Below are positions 22,860 to 32,289 of a DNA stretch of 64,000 nucleotides, piece after piece. The stretch spans positions 1,376,001 to 1,440,000 of the forward strand of contig OZ244621.1 in the NCBI GenBank assembly GCA_965218425.1, written 5' to 3'. Position numbers and translations under genes: made by a program. The stretch's first letter is position 1, and each line of letters starts with the position of its first letter. The DNA comes from an uncultured Candidatus Binatia bacterium. GTDB taxonomy: Bacteria > Desulfobacterota > Binatia > UBA9968 > CAXXLF01. Under the pieces are notes generated by a model. That model ran no database searches. It was not told the DNA's origin and worked only from the letters and a program-made list of their open reading frames with translations.

Positions 22860-23390
22860 TTACCGAGGCTCCCTTCCGATCAACATCACCACAGGCTTGG
22901 TTTCAGAGTAGGCCTTTTTTATAGCCGGCCCAATCTTGGTGGCGTCTTCAGTCGTTTCAATGAGGTGATGTTCGATCTCCATAACATCGAGGAGCGGCTC
23001 CACGATCCGTAGCCCATATCGAGCCGACTGGGCGGGCGGGACACCCGGTTCCTTGCCCAGCAATCCTACCATCATACACACGGGGTTTTGCCCCTCCACG
23101 GCCACACCGCGCAGCGCATTCACCGAATCCAACAGTCCCGTGTACTGGATTAGAAGGAGCGCCTTATGACCGGTACTGTAAAGCCCGCTACAAATGGAAA
23201 CTCCCTCGTCTTCCTTGCACACTTGCACGAAACGAAGGGCCCGGTTCTGGGAGAGGCCCTTCAGCAGGTGATGACTGGTGGTACGGTCCGGCAGCGCCAC
23301 AATGAACTCGATCCCCGCAGCCTTTATCTCCCCAATGATGTTCCTTGCCTTGAGTGATTCCGTTGCTTGAGCCAAGCCAATTCTCCTCAA
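22860..23390 (-). CDS. ThDP-dependent decarboxylase alpha subunit (ComD-like)
   Basis: CKEDEGVSICSG, IQYTGLLDSVNAL; adjacent to the beta subunit. Confidence 0.85.
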   Translation of the reverse strand: MRRIGLAQATESLKARNIIGEIKAAGIEFIVALPDRTTSHHLLKGLSQNRALRFVQVCKEDEGVSICSGLYSTGHKALLLIQYTGLLDSVNALRGVAVEGQNPVCMMVGLLGKEPGVPPAQSARYGLRIVEPLLDVMEIEHHLIETTEDATKIGPAIKKAYSETKPVVMLIGREPR

Positions 23391-23441
23391 TTTTTCAGAG
23401 GTTCGTCTCTGATGATCCTGGGGTCAATTCCAAGGATCCGA

Positions 23442-23948
23442 CTAGGGTTGCCGTGTGAAAGAGAAAACCTTTTCCCCGTTTAGGCGCACCTCGGTGGTAA
23501 TGGGGATAACCTTCGACAGCGTGTTTTCCACAAAACAGCGGTCACTGGCCTGCCGTGCCAAGGTCTCCGCAGCCGCCTCTGACAGGGAACCGGTGAGATC
23601 CACCTGGTAAATGATATCCTTGAAATCCCGTGCCTCACGATCGTTGTGGGCCCGCGCCAGCAACTTCATGCTGTCAACAGGCATGGGGTTTTCCTTGAGG
23701 ACGTTGGTGTACTGCATCATCAAACAGGTGGCCGCTCCGCTTATGAAGTAGCCAAGGGGGGAAGGCCCCTCCCCTTTTCCCCCACGACTTTGGGGTTCGT
23801 CGGCTACCATCACAAAGGACTTGTCTTCCGATTTGTAGACCGCCTCCTGGGTCTTTTTTCCCTTGTGGGTCACGTCGATACGCACCGTTCCCAACTTTGC
23901 CCCTTCCTGTTTGCGTTTATCCTTCTCAGCGGCCGAGTCTTGCGCCAT
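23442..23948 (-). CDS. OsmC/Ohr family protein
   Basis: DEPQSRGGKGEGPSP...ATC and RCFVENTL (both cysteines present). Confidence 0.85.
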   Translation of the reverse strand: MAQDSAAEKDKRKQEGAKLGTVRIDVTHKGKKTQEAVYKSEDKSFVMVADEPQSRGGKGEGPSPLGYFISGAATCLMMQYTNVLKENPMPVDSMKLLARAHNDREARDFKDIIYQVDLTGSLSEAAAETLARQASDRCFVENTLSKVIPITTEVRLNGEKVFSFTRQP

Positions 23949-24014
23949 TTAATATACCTCCCTCCTTTGATTCTTACCCTTACAAATCGCAGACAAAACG
24001 ATTCCCTCACTTTT

Positions 24015-24270
24015 TATCGCGCCAAGGCACCCCGAATCAATATCCGAAATCCCAAACTCGAAATCCCAATCAAACCGAATCACTCAAATCTGAATATCAA
24101 AATCCAGACCTAGGTGGATCGAAATTTAATGTTTTCGATCATTTGGATTTGTTTCGAATTTCAGATTTCGGGTTTCGAATCCATAATTCTACTTATCCTT
24201 GGCGCCCTTTGCGTCTTTGCCCCTCGATTCCCCTCGCAGTCCTGAGGTTCTCGAAGGACGCGAGTCATCT
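24015..24270 (-). repeat. Palindromic heptamer-core element, copy 3 (subtype B) with nested 39-bp insert at 24220-24258
   Basis: TATCGCGCCAAGGCACC ... CTTGGCGCCCTTTGCGTCTTTG[insert]CGCGAGTCATCT; core colinear with 30924. Confidence 0.85.
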
Positions 24271-24289
24271 TTATTCGAGCCGGACCGGC

Positions 24290-25261
24290 TCAAGCGAGCG
24301 AAAGATCGCTTCCAACCTTTTTCTCCCGTGCCCATTGATAGGCCCAGAAGGCGGCAGTCACGTCCCACAAGGGCACACCCGCCAACTCGAAGAGAACCGT
24401 TTCATTGGTTTCTCGACGCGCGGGCACCTTCTTGAGAATGACATCTCCGAGCTCACCGATAATATCATCCGCAGACCAGGTCCCTGAAGCGATCATCGTC
24501 GTATAGGGCTCACGCGCCGGCTTTCCTTCCAGAACTTCCTTCTTCCACGATACGATCACCCGCGACGAGGAAACGAGTTCCACAGGAATCTGGCCGCTCG
24601 CGATGGAGATAACCAACGCTCCCGGAGCGACCCAATGGGGTTCGAGCACAGGACTCCGACAGTTGGTCGCCACGTCGACGATTTGCACCCCTTGCACCGC
24701 AGCCCGTGCGCTTTCTACCGCCACCACGTCGAGATTCATCCAAGAGCTCATTTCCCCTGCAAAGCGATTTCTATGGTCTTGCGTCGGGCTATAAACCCGT
24801 ACGCGCTGGAGTGAGGGCAGCGCCCTGCGAATGGCTAGGAGTTGCCCCCTCGCCTGCCGTCCGCTTCCAAGAAGACCTAACTCTTTGCCGTTGGTTGGCG
24901 CAAGATGTCGGCACGCGACCCCGGCGGGGGCACCGGTACGCCATACGTTGAGCTCACCGCCCGGTACCAGGGCCAGGAAGTGACCGTTTTCCGCATCGAA
25001 GAGAAGGATATAGTTGGCGTCCTTGGCTCCCGAAAAGAGCGGGAATAACCGTACTCCCACGCCAAACTCCGGCGCCGTCGCGGAAAGGACCCGAAGGTTT
25101 CGTTTCCGGTCTTTAAGCGAGAGCCGAAGATCGGGGTGGTTGACTCCTTCCCCCCTCTGTTGGCTTCGAAAAGTCTCCGTGATCATCTCAAGGAGCCCGT
25201 CCATAGAGGACGGCGAGTCAAACAAGGACCGAAGTTCGCTTTCCTTGATAAAGAGGGCCAC
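24290..25261 (-). CDS. Ornithine cyclodeaminase / mu-crystallin family protein
   Basis: WRTGAPAG, GSGRQA, VATN, GVPLWDV; start GTG 25261. Confidence 0.9.
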   Translation of the reverse strand: MALFIKESELRSLFDSPSSMDGLLEMITETFRSQQRGEGVNHPDLRLSLKDRKRNLRVLSATAPEFGVGVRLFPLFSGAKDANYILLFDAENGHFLALVPGGELNVWRTGAPAGVACRHLAPTNGKELGLLGSGRQARGQLLAIRRALPSLQRVRVYSPTQDHRNRFAGEMSSWMNLDVVAVESARAAVQGVQIVDVATNCRSPVLEPHWVAPGALVISIASGQIPVELVSSSRVIVSWKKEVLEGKPAREPYTTMIASGTWSADDIIGELGDVILKKVPARRETNETVLFELAGVPLWDVTAAFWAYQWAREKKVGSDLSLA

Positions 25262-25314
25262 GAGCCCTTGTCTATTCCGTTGACATTGCAATTGCAAGGC
25301 CACGCTGGCCGGGA

Positions 25315-25500
25315 GCAGCGAAGCGCTAAACGCAACGCGGACTCAGTACTGAGTAACGAGCGCTGAGGGCTGAGTCTCCGGAAAAGCGTTGAGTGCCAGG
25401 TGGGAAGCCTTGGCGGGAAAGAATCGCCACCGATTTCTTCTCTTGTTTTAACACTATACAGAATAATCGTCTGCGTTAATCCGCGCGGGTCTGCGGTTAA
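25315..25500. repeat. Heptamer arrays and a TCTGCG-type arm downstream of modC
   Basis: CAGCGAA GCGCTAA ACGCAAC; palindrome ACTCAGTACTGAGT; TGAGTAA CGAGCGC TGAGGGC TGAGT; TCTGCGTTAATCCGCG..TCTGCGGTTAA (TCTGCGGTTAA also near 8444). Confidence 0.55.
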
Positions 25501-25513
25501 GTTTATGCTGAAA

Positions 25514-26611
25514 TTAGCCGCGGGGAATCAGGTGGATGGCGGGGGCCTTGATTAACACGGTGAGTATAGCTCCCGGTTGTATGCCCAATTCTTCGCAGGC
25601 GGGATGGGTAACTAGAGCGGTGAGGGGGAATCCCGCTTCCAGGGCGACCCTAACCAAGGCTCCATCCGAGACCACGGATTGGACGCGAACGTCCAATCGA
25701 TTGCGGGCGCTCGCGGAGTAAGAGCCGCCTTTTTGCAGGATCACGTCCGCTGCACGGATGCACGCCTCCACTTCGTCTCCCACCCCAGCAGAGGAAACGG
25801 CAACCAGTTCCTTGTCACCAATGACTACCGTAGCTAGCCCGTCTTGAGACCGCGCGACTCTTCCGGGGACCACTGTTTCCATACCCACAATCCGTGCCAC
25901 CGACATGTCCGCGGGCCGATTAAAAACCTCATGCACCGCTCCCGTCTGTCGGATTTGTCCCTCATCCACGACAATCACGCCATCACCCAATGCAATGACC
26001 TCGTTGCGATCATGAGTAACCAGCAGAACCGGGATGTTAAACTGTTTGAGGATACGTCTTAGCTCGGGGCGAATCTCCTCTCTGAGCGGCGCATCCAGGG
26101 CCGAGAAGGGCTCATCCAACAAAAGGAGACGAGGACGGCGTACCAGTACTCGTGCGAGGGCAACCCGCTGCTGCTGCCCACCGGAAATCTGATGGGGGAA
26201 ACGCTGCTCCGTACCCCTTAACCCGAACAGATCGAGCATCTCAGCGACTTTCTTGCGTTTATCCTCTTTCGAAAGGCCATTCAGCCCATAGGCAATGTTG
26301 CTTTTCACTCTCATGTGCGGGAAAAGCGCGTGATCCTGAAAGAGGTATCCGATATCTCTCTTTTGCGGGGTCAAAAAAATCCGTTTCTTTGCCTCGAACC
26401 AACTCTCGTCGCCAAATCGTATCATTCCTTCATCAGGCCGCTCCAGCCCTGCCAAACATCTCAGGATCGTCGACTTCCCTCCCCCGGACGGGCCGAAGAG
26501 CACGCTTATGAAAGATCCCTCAGCCGGCTGTTGGAAGGAGGCCTGAATTACGGGCCCCCTGGAAAACCTTCTCCTAAAGTCAACAATCAGCTCAGAGGTT
26601 ATACCGACCAC
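25514..26611 (-). CDS. modC: Molybdate ABC transporter ATPase
   Basis: GPSGGGKS, ISGGQQQR, C-terminal TOBE domain SARNRL. Confidence 0.95.
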   Translation of the reverse strand: MVGITSELIVDFRRRFSRGPVIQASFQQPAEGSFISVLFGPSGGGKSTILRCLAGLERPDEGMIRFGDESWFEAKKRIFLTPQKRDIGYLFQDHALFPHMRVKSNIAYGLNGLSKEDKRKKVAEMLDLFGLRGTEQRFPHQISGGQQQRVALARVLVRRPRLLLLDEPFSALDAPLREEIRPELRRILKQFNIPVLLVTHDRNEVIALGDGVIVVDEGQIRQTGAVHEVFNRPADMSVARIVGMETVVPGRVARSQDGLATVVIGDKELVAVSSAGVGDEVEACIRAADVILQKGGSYSASARNRLDVRVQSVVSDGALVRVALEAGFPLTALVTHPACEELGIQPGAILTVLIKAPAIHLIPRG

Positions 26612-27261
26612 CTCCTTCCACCCAAGTTGTAGGTCACGCTGAGCGCCGCGAAGGATAGAACCACCAACAGGAGTGCAGTCCAGCCGGCCGATTCGTAGTT
26701 CAGGGCCTGAACATCATCATAGATGGCAATGGACAGGGTCCGGGTCACACCGGGGATATTTCCTCCCACCATGAGAACGACGCCAAACTCACCGACGGTG
26801 TGGGTGAAGGACAGGACCAGGCCAGTTAGGATACCGGACCAGGATAGCGGGAGGACAATGCGAAAGAAGGTTTGCACCTTCGAAACCCCCAGGCACCAGG
26901 AGGCTTCCACAGTTTTCTGCTCCACTGACGCGATGGCAATGGTAAAGGGACGGACTGCGAAGGGGAGATTGAAGAGCACCGAAGCAAGCAAAATTCCCTG
27001 GAAGCTAAAGGGAAGCAGGTGACCGGTCAGGGACCGATAGCCTCCACCCATCCATGTGTCTGGTCCGGCAGCTAACAAGAAGTAAAAGCCGGCAACCGTA
27101 GGAGGTAGCACCATGGGCAAAGCAACCACGGTCTCCACCACGGGTCCCACCCTGCTCCTGGTTGTGGCCAACCAGTAGGCCAAGGGAACACCGATGAGCA
27201 CGAGGATCATGGTGGTTGCGGCAGCCAACTTCAATGTCAGCCCTAGTGCGGTCCAGTCCAC
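26599..27261 (-). CDS. modB: Molybdate ABC permease
   Basis: LPMVLPPTVAG, GEFGVVLMVGGNIPGVTRT. Confidence 0.95.
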   Translation of the reverse strand: MDWTALGLTLKLAAATTMILVLIGVPLAYWLATTRSRVGPVVETVVALPMVLPPTVAGFYFLLAAGPDTWMGGGYRSLTGHLLPFSFQGILLASVLFNLPFAVRPFTIAIASVEQKTVEASWCLGVSKVQTFFRIVLPLSWSGILTGLVLSFTHTVGEFGVVLMVGGNIPGVTRTLSIAIYDDVQALNYESAGWTALLLVVLSFAALSVTYNLGGRRWSV

Positions 27262-27265
27262 CGGT

Positions 27266-28093
27266 TCATCCCCCTGGCAGAAAAAACCCGTATCTTTTGA
27301 AAGTTTTTCTTCCCCTGGGTCCTAATAGAAAGTCACGGAAATGCTCTGCCGCCTCCCTTTGCAGCGTCCATTGGAGAATCACTCCTACCTGATCAATACC
27401 CGCGTAAGCGGCAGGAGGTATTGGCCATCGGCGACCCCCATCATTGATTGAGGGTGCCATCAGTAGAGACAATGCCAGGATGCCAACATCAGCAACTCCT
27501 GAGTGTACGAACTGGGCCGCCTGGGCGACGTTTTCACCAAAGACCAATCTCTCCCGCGTTTGTTCGTATACACCCACGTTTTTCAGGACCTCTACCGCCG
27601 CCCGTCCATAGGGGGCGTGGCGAGGATTGGCAACGGCGATTTTTTTCACAGAAGGATCCAGCAACGAGCGAAGCCCCATTGACTCCACTTGAATGGGTGA
27701 ATCCATGGGAGCCCACAGGACCAGGCGCCCAACGGCATAGAGAAATTCAGAATCATTAAGCCCCTCTCCCTGATCCACCAATCGACGCGGGTAGACCGCA
27801 TCCGCCGAAAGGAAGATGTCAAAGGGAGCCTGCTGCGCAAGCTGGGCAAAGAAGTTACCGCTGGAACCATAGGTCACCCTCACTTTAATCCCTCTGTTCT
27901 CCTGCTGGAAAACCCGAACCAACTCATCCATGACGAACCTCAGGCTAGAAGCGGCTGCCACAGTGAGTTGCCGCGGCTCCTGCGGGACGGCTTGTGACCG
28001 GACCCCAAATCCGAGCAGCAAAGCCAACCAAACCGCCCCGACAGACCACCCGACACCCGCCACCGTCCTAACGATGGGGTCAGACCTTGACAT
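27266..28093 (-). CDS. modA: Molybdate-binding protein
   Basis: VAAASSL, GSSGNF, FLSAD, ANPRHAPYGRAA, GENVAQA; start uncertain because this ATG lies at the edge of the RAYT inverted repeat. Confidence 0.93.
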   Translation of the reverse strand: MSRSDPIVRTVAGVGWSVGAVWLALLLGFGVRSQAVPQEPRQLTVAAASSLRFVMDELVRVFQQENRGIKVRVTYGSSGNFFAQLAQQAPFDIFLSADAVYPRRLVDQGEGLNDSEFLYAVGRLVLWAPMDSPIQVESMGLRSLLDPSVKKIAVANPRHAPYGRAAVEVLKNVGVYEQTRERLVFGENVAQAAQFVHSGVADVGILALSLLMAPSINDGGRRWPIPPAAYAGIDQVGVILQWTLQREAAEHFRDFLLGPRGRKTFKRYGFFLPGG

Positions 28094-29066
28094 TCGACAG
28101 ATCTTTCTCCAACTTGCCGACCAAACTTCTCAATGCGGAACTTTTTTTCAATTTCTCCTCAAATCGCTTTGCCGCCTGACTGACCCGAGAGTAATGACCG
28201 CCACCGAAACGGTCATTGATTTCTCGCAGAGTCAGGTCCGTATATCGACGCAGAAAATAGATAAGCAACTGAGTTTTGGATACTCTTGCCAGTCGTCTTT
28301 GACGGATTAAACCAATTAATCGATCGGCATCGTAGGCCTGTAAGCTTTTTCTACGACTAACCTCAGGACCGGGATCGTGGATTCCTAGCTTAATACTTTC
28401 TATGAACCGGTCGGTACCGAGCACGCACTGATGCCACACATCACTAAGTGGGTTGTCCGCGAGTTTCTCCGGCAGTCCATCTTCCACAAAGTCCCTGTAA
28501 CCCTGAATCGCCGTCTTATGGGTTGAAGAGAACCTATTTAGTACCTCTTCCGTCACCAGCCAGTCCTGTTTCTGTTCCAGTCGCAGGTATGACCTGTAGC
28601 TACTCCACCGATACTTACCAGGGAATTTGGCAATCTCATCCGCCACCGGGTTTAGATGAATATATCTTGTGAGCTCTAAGAGATAACTGTCTTTCTCCAC
28701 CAGGAGCGATTTGAATCTTCCTTGAAAGACATGTCCCGTACAACCATGTGTGTGATTAAAAAAGGCGGTATACGTACTATTCAGATACTGCACGGCTTTG
28801 CTTAAATTCGCTAGGGGAGTTTCCAAAAGCAAATGGAAATGGTTCGGCATTAAACAATAGGCGTAAATCTTGACAGCGAATTTTTCTTTTAGCCGGCCTA
28901 GAAGGTCTATGAATCTAAGACGATCACGATCCGTCAGATAGATCGTGCTCCGGTTATTCCCCCGTGAGAAGACATGATACGTGGCGCCGGGGAACTGGAG
29001 TCGAAGCGGCCTTGCCATAGGTCGGTCGTTACCACCGACCTCCGTCACGTGTCAAGGTCTGACCCC
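28076..29066. mobile_element. RAYT-type element bounded by perfect 17-bp inverted repeats
   Basis: GGGGTCAGACCTTGACA at 28076-28092 and TGTCAAGGTCTGACCCC at 29050-29066 enclose a single transposase gene. Confidence 0.8.
28080..29018 (-). CDS. REP-associated tyrosine transposase (Y1 HUH) with C-terminal DnaA-like HTH
   Basis: MARPLR..YHVFSRGNNR, YCLMPNHFHLL (HuH), FQGRFKS, RYIHLNPV (catalytic Tyr), YRWSSY; C-terminal LTLREI..FGG.HYSRVS. Confidence 0.92.
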   Translation of the reverse strand: MARPLRLQFPGATYHVFSRGNNRSTIYLTDRDRLRFIDLLGRLKEKFAVKIYAYCLMPNHFHLLLETPLANLSKAVQYLNSTYTAFFNHTHGCTGHVFQGRFKSLLVEKDSYLLELTRYIHLNPVADEIAKFPGKYRWSSYRSYLRLEQKQDWLVTEEVLNRFSSTHKTAIQGYRDFVEDGLPEKLADNPLSDVWHQCVLGTDRFIESIKLGIHDPGPEVSRRKSLQAYDADRLIGLIRQRRLARVSKTQLLIYFLRRYTDLTLREINDRFGGGHYSRVSQAAKRFEEKLKKSSALRSLVGKLEKDLSNVKV

Positions 29067-29920
29067 TACGCTTCTTCTTTGGGGGGGAGGGCGAGTTGGT
29101 AGATTTCCCTCTTGGATGTGGAATACTTTTCACCCAAGATCTCGGCGATTTCTTTCACTCTCATTCCCTGTGCCCTGAGCCTTTGGATCTCCGATCTTAT
29201 TTCACCGCCTCTATCCCTGTCTCCCCCTTTCTGAGCGTCGGGGTCTCTCCCCGCTCCCGCAATCACTAGAGTGATCTCACCCCGCCACTCCCTCGGACCC
29301 CTGTGGGAAAGTACTTCACTCACCCGACCACGAAGAATTTCCTCGTGCATTTTGGTTAGCTCTCGTCCCACAACGACCTCGCGGTCCCCCATAACCTCAA
29401 AAATGTCCTGCAATGACTCCTCTACTCGGTGTGGCACCTCATAAAACACCAGGGTCCTCGATTCTTCGCGAAGCCCGGTTAATCGTTTCCGTCGTGCGGC
29501 CTTTTTGACGGTGAGAAACCCTTCAAAGGCAAAGGAGTCGGTAGGAAGTCCGCCAGCGCTCAGGATTGCCGTCAACGCCGAGGGGCCGGGCACAGGTATG
29601 ACCGGGAGAGAGGCATGAACCGCTTCCTGGACCAATCTGAATCCGGGGTCAGACAAGAGCGGTGTCCCGGCATCCGATACCAGTGCAATGCGGCACCCCT
29701 CCTTGAGCCGATGAATCAAATGGCTCGATTGGGCCTTTTCATTGTGCTCGTGGTAACTGGTTAGGGGGTTTTGAATCCCGTAATGGGTAAGTAGCTTCTT
29801 GGTATGCCGGGTATCTTCCGCCGCGATAAGGTCCACCTCTTTAAGAATCCGCAGCGCACGGAGAGTAATGTCCTCAAGATTACCGATGGGAGTCGCGACG
29901 ATGTATAGAGTCCCCTCCAT
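29066..29920 (-). CDS. rsmI: 16S rRNA (C1402-2'-O)-methyltransferase
   Basis: LYIVATPIGNLEDIT, AAEDTR, VSDAGTP, RELTKMHEE. Confidence 0.97.
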   Translation of the reverse strand: MEGTLYIVATPIGNLEDITLRALRILKEVDLIAAEDTRHTKKLLTHYGIQNPLTSYHEHNEKAQSSHLIHRLKEGCRIALVSDAGTPLLSDPGFRLVQEAVHASLPVIPVPGPSALTAILSAGGLPTDSFAFEGFLTVKKAARRKRLTGLREESRTLVFYEVPHRVEESLQDIFEVMGDREVVVGRELTKMHEEILRGRVSEVLSHRGPREWRGEITLVIAGAGRDPDAQKGGDRDRGGEIRSEIQRLRAQGMRVKEIAEILGEKYSTSKREIYQLALPPKEEA

Positions 29921-30073
29921 CGGCCCTAACCACCCGGTGTGCAGCTAGCAGCATGCAGCCATTTCTCCCCGCCTGTTGTTCCCCCCGTTACAATCAAAGC
30001 AACAACTAGGGACTGGATTCGATCATCTCTCATTCTTATGACTGCCTACTGTTTTCCGCCCCCTGCCTACTTC

Positions 30074-30895
30074 CTATTTCCCCCAATCCCTGGCGTAGCG
30101 GAAATCCCTATCGATGGTTCGGTAAGAGACCTTGGCGATGACTGGCAAACGCCGCTTGAATTGCGAACTCATGATCCGGCGCGTTATCTCGTCTACAAAA
30201 GGTTCAGAAAAACCCGTCTCAATTAGCTCCTCTCGCGAATAACGCTCGTCCACCATAAGATAGAGAAGCCCGTCCACCTCAGGATAGCTAAATCCAAGTT
30301 CTTCCTCGTCGGTCTGCCCTTCCCATAGGTCTGCCGACGGCCTCTTGCGGATGACGACCTGCGGGACACCCACATATTCGGCCAGCGCCCAGACCTGAGT
30401 CTTATAAAGGTCTCCCAGGGGATTCAGGGCAGATGCCATGTCGCCGTACAGTGTCCCGTAACCCAGTAGCAACTCAGTTTTGTTGCTCGTCCCTATCACC
30501 AAAGCGTTCCATCTTGCAGAGTGATCGTACAGGACGGTCATGCGTTCACGAGCCATCTTGTTGCCCCGTCTTTTTTGATCCGCCTCGGGAGTCCTCTCAA
30601 AATACGCATCGATTTGGGGCGTAATGTCCACTACAACAGAGTTGATACCGCTCTTTTGCACCACTAACTCAGCATGGGCACGGCTCTCTGGACTGGAGCT
30701 CTTGTAGGGCATCAGCACGGCCAGGACATTATTCGGCCCCAGAGCATCCGCCGCCAACACGGCACTCAGGCTGGAATCCACCCCACCGGAGAGCCCCACC
30801 ACCACACGCTCTACCCCAATTTTCCTAACCTCATTGCGAATGAAAGAGACAAGGACGGGTTTGAGAAAACCGACATTGGTGGGAATTTGAACCAT
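30074..30895 (-). CDS. nadE: NAD+ synthetase, synthetase subunit
   Basis: [46 protein letters not shown]. Confidence 0.96.
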   Translation of the reverse strand: MVQIPTNVGFLKPVLVSFIRNEVRKIGVERVVVGLSGGVDSSLSAVLAADALGPNNVLAVLMPYKSSSPESRAHAELVVQKSGINSVVVDITPQIDAYFERTPEADQKRRGNKMARERMTVLYDHSARWNALVIGTSNKTELLLGYGTLYGDMASALNPLGDLYKTQVWALAEYVGVPQVVIRKRPSADLWEGQTDEEELGFSYPEVDGLLYLMVDERYSREELIETGFSEPFVDEITRRIMSSQFKRRLPVIAKVSYRTIDRDFRYARDWGK

Positions 30896-30923
30896 AACAG
30901 CAGCTTTTGACCCATCAACTCTT

Positions 30924-31151
30924 CAACAGAACGACTTCAACGATGCGTATCGCGCCAAGACGCCCCGAACCAAAATCCGAATCTCGAAATCTCAAACAAA
31001 CCGAAACACTCAAATCTAAAAATCGAAACCCAAAACGAGGTTATCAGGAATTTTATGTCTTTTGATTATTTGGATTTGTTTCGGATTTCGAGTTTCGAAT
31101 TTGTAATTTTATTTATACTCGGCGTGCTTTGCGTCTTCGCGCGAGTCATCT
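30924..31151 (-). repeat. Palindromic heptamer-core element, copy 4 (subtype B)
   Basis: CAACAGAACGACTTC..TATCGCGCCAAGACGCC ... CTCGGCGTGCTTTGCGTCTTCGCGCGAGTCATCT; contains the nitrilase stop codon. Confidence 0.85.
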
Positions 31152-32099
31152 CTTTCCCGATTTCATCTTCGTCTTCGAAACTTTTTTCCCCCGCTTCGCA
31201 GGCTTTCCGCCCTTCCGTCGAGCGGCTGGAACTCTGAGAGGTTGAGCAGCCGTTGGGCGTTCTCTGATCCGCATCAACTCGTTAATGGTAAGATCGAGGT
31301 CTTCATCTCGCAGTAAGGGTGAAATGGTTCTCTTGCGCCGGACGGTCTCAAGGACTATCTCTCCCACAACCAGATCCTCATCGTAGTACTTGGCCTTAAC
31401 AAGGACATTGCCAAAGGGATTCAAGATCTCCGACCCGCCCCAAAATCCCACGCCGTCCTCAAAACCCGCCCGGTTCCCGTAAACCATATATAGACTGAAC
31501 GTTTCAGCGTAACTCCGGTTGATGAGCTCCCAGTAACGGGCGTTGTCGTCCTGGAGTTGGCCCTCCGTGATGCCGCGCAGCGGACTGGACGAGGGGCAAA
31601 TGATGGCCAGGGCTCCATCCAGAGCCGCCAGGTAGACAGTGGATGGATGCCAAAGATCTTCACAGATGAGCAGTCCCATGCGGCCAAATTTCGAGTCAAA
31701 TGCCCGGATTCGATCCCCCCGGGCAAAATAGCGTTGTTCATCAAACATGCCGTAGGTGGGTAAATAGGCCTTTCGATGCACATGGCGAATCTCCCCGCCT
31801 TCGAAATAGACCGCCGCATTATAGAAACGGTAGTCGGAACTCTCTTCCACCAATCCCGCAACGAACGCCACGTCACGACTCAGCTCCCTCAGATGCTTCA
31901 TCTCTCGAGAAGAGAGCTTGAGGGCAACATTGGGCACCATATCCCTCAGGAAATAGCCGGTGAGCGACAACTCGGGAAAAATGAGCAAGTCTACTCCATT
32001 TCCTCGGGCCTCCCGGATCTTTTCTTCGTAGAGGACAAGGTTGGCCCCAAGGTCTCCCAGCTTAGGATTGATCTGAGCGATACCTGTATTGAACGTCAT
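31146..32099 (-). CDS. Carbon-nitrogen hydrolase (probable glutaminase subunit of NAD synthetase)
   Basis: FPELSLTGY, HRKAYLPTYGMFDEQRYF, ICEDLW (E-K-C triad); directly upstream of nadE. Confidence 0.9.
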   Translation of the reverse strand: MTFNTGIAQINPKLGDLGANLVLYEEKIREARGNGVDLLIFPELSLTGYFLRDMVPNVALKLSSREMKHLRELSRDVAFVAGLVEESSDYRFYNAAVYFEGGEIRHVHRKAYLPTYGMFDEQRYFARGDRIRAFDSKFGRMGLLICEDLWHPSTVYLAALDGALAIICPSSSPLRGITEGQLQDDNARYWELINRSYAETFSLYMVYGNRAGFEDGVGFWGGSEILNPFGNVLVKAKYYDEDLVVGEIVLETVRRKRTISPLLRDEDLDLTINELMRIRERPTAAQPLRVPAARRKGGKPAKRGKKVSKTKMKSGKR

Positions 32100-32289
32100 A
32101 ACACTTCAATGATGAGAAGTAACACAGGGGATGGGCTCCTTGCAATTTCCCTGGTTGTTCCCTTTCCGGTCTCTATTGCAACACCCTCGGAACCCTTCAC
32201 GAAAGTGGCCGATGGCCGCGTTGATGCTGTCCCGCTCGGCTGGTGCAATCCCCGGTTGTCGCGCAACACAGAAAAAGAATAGGCAGGAT

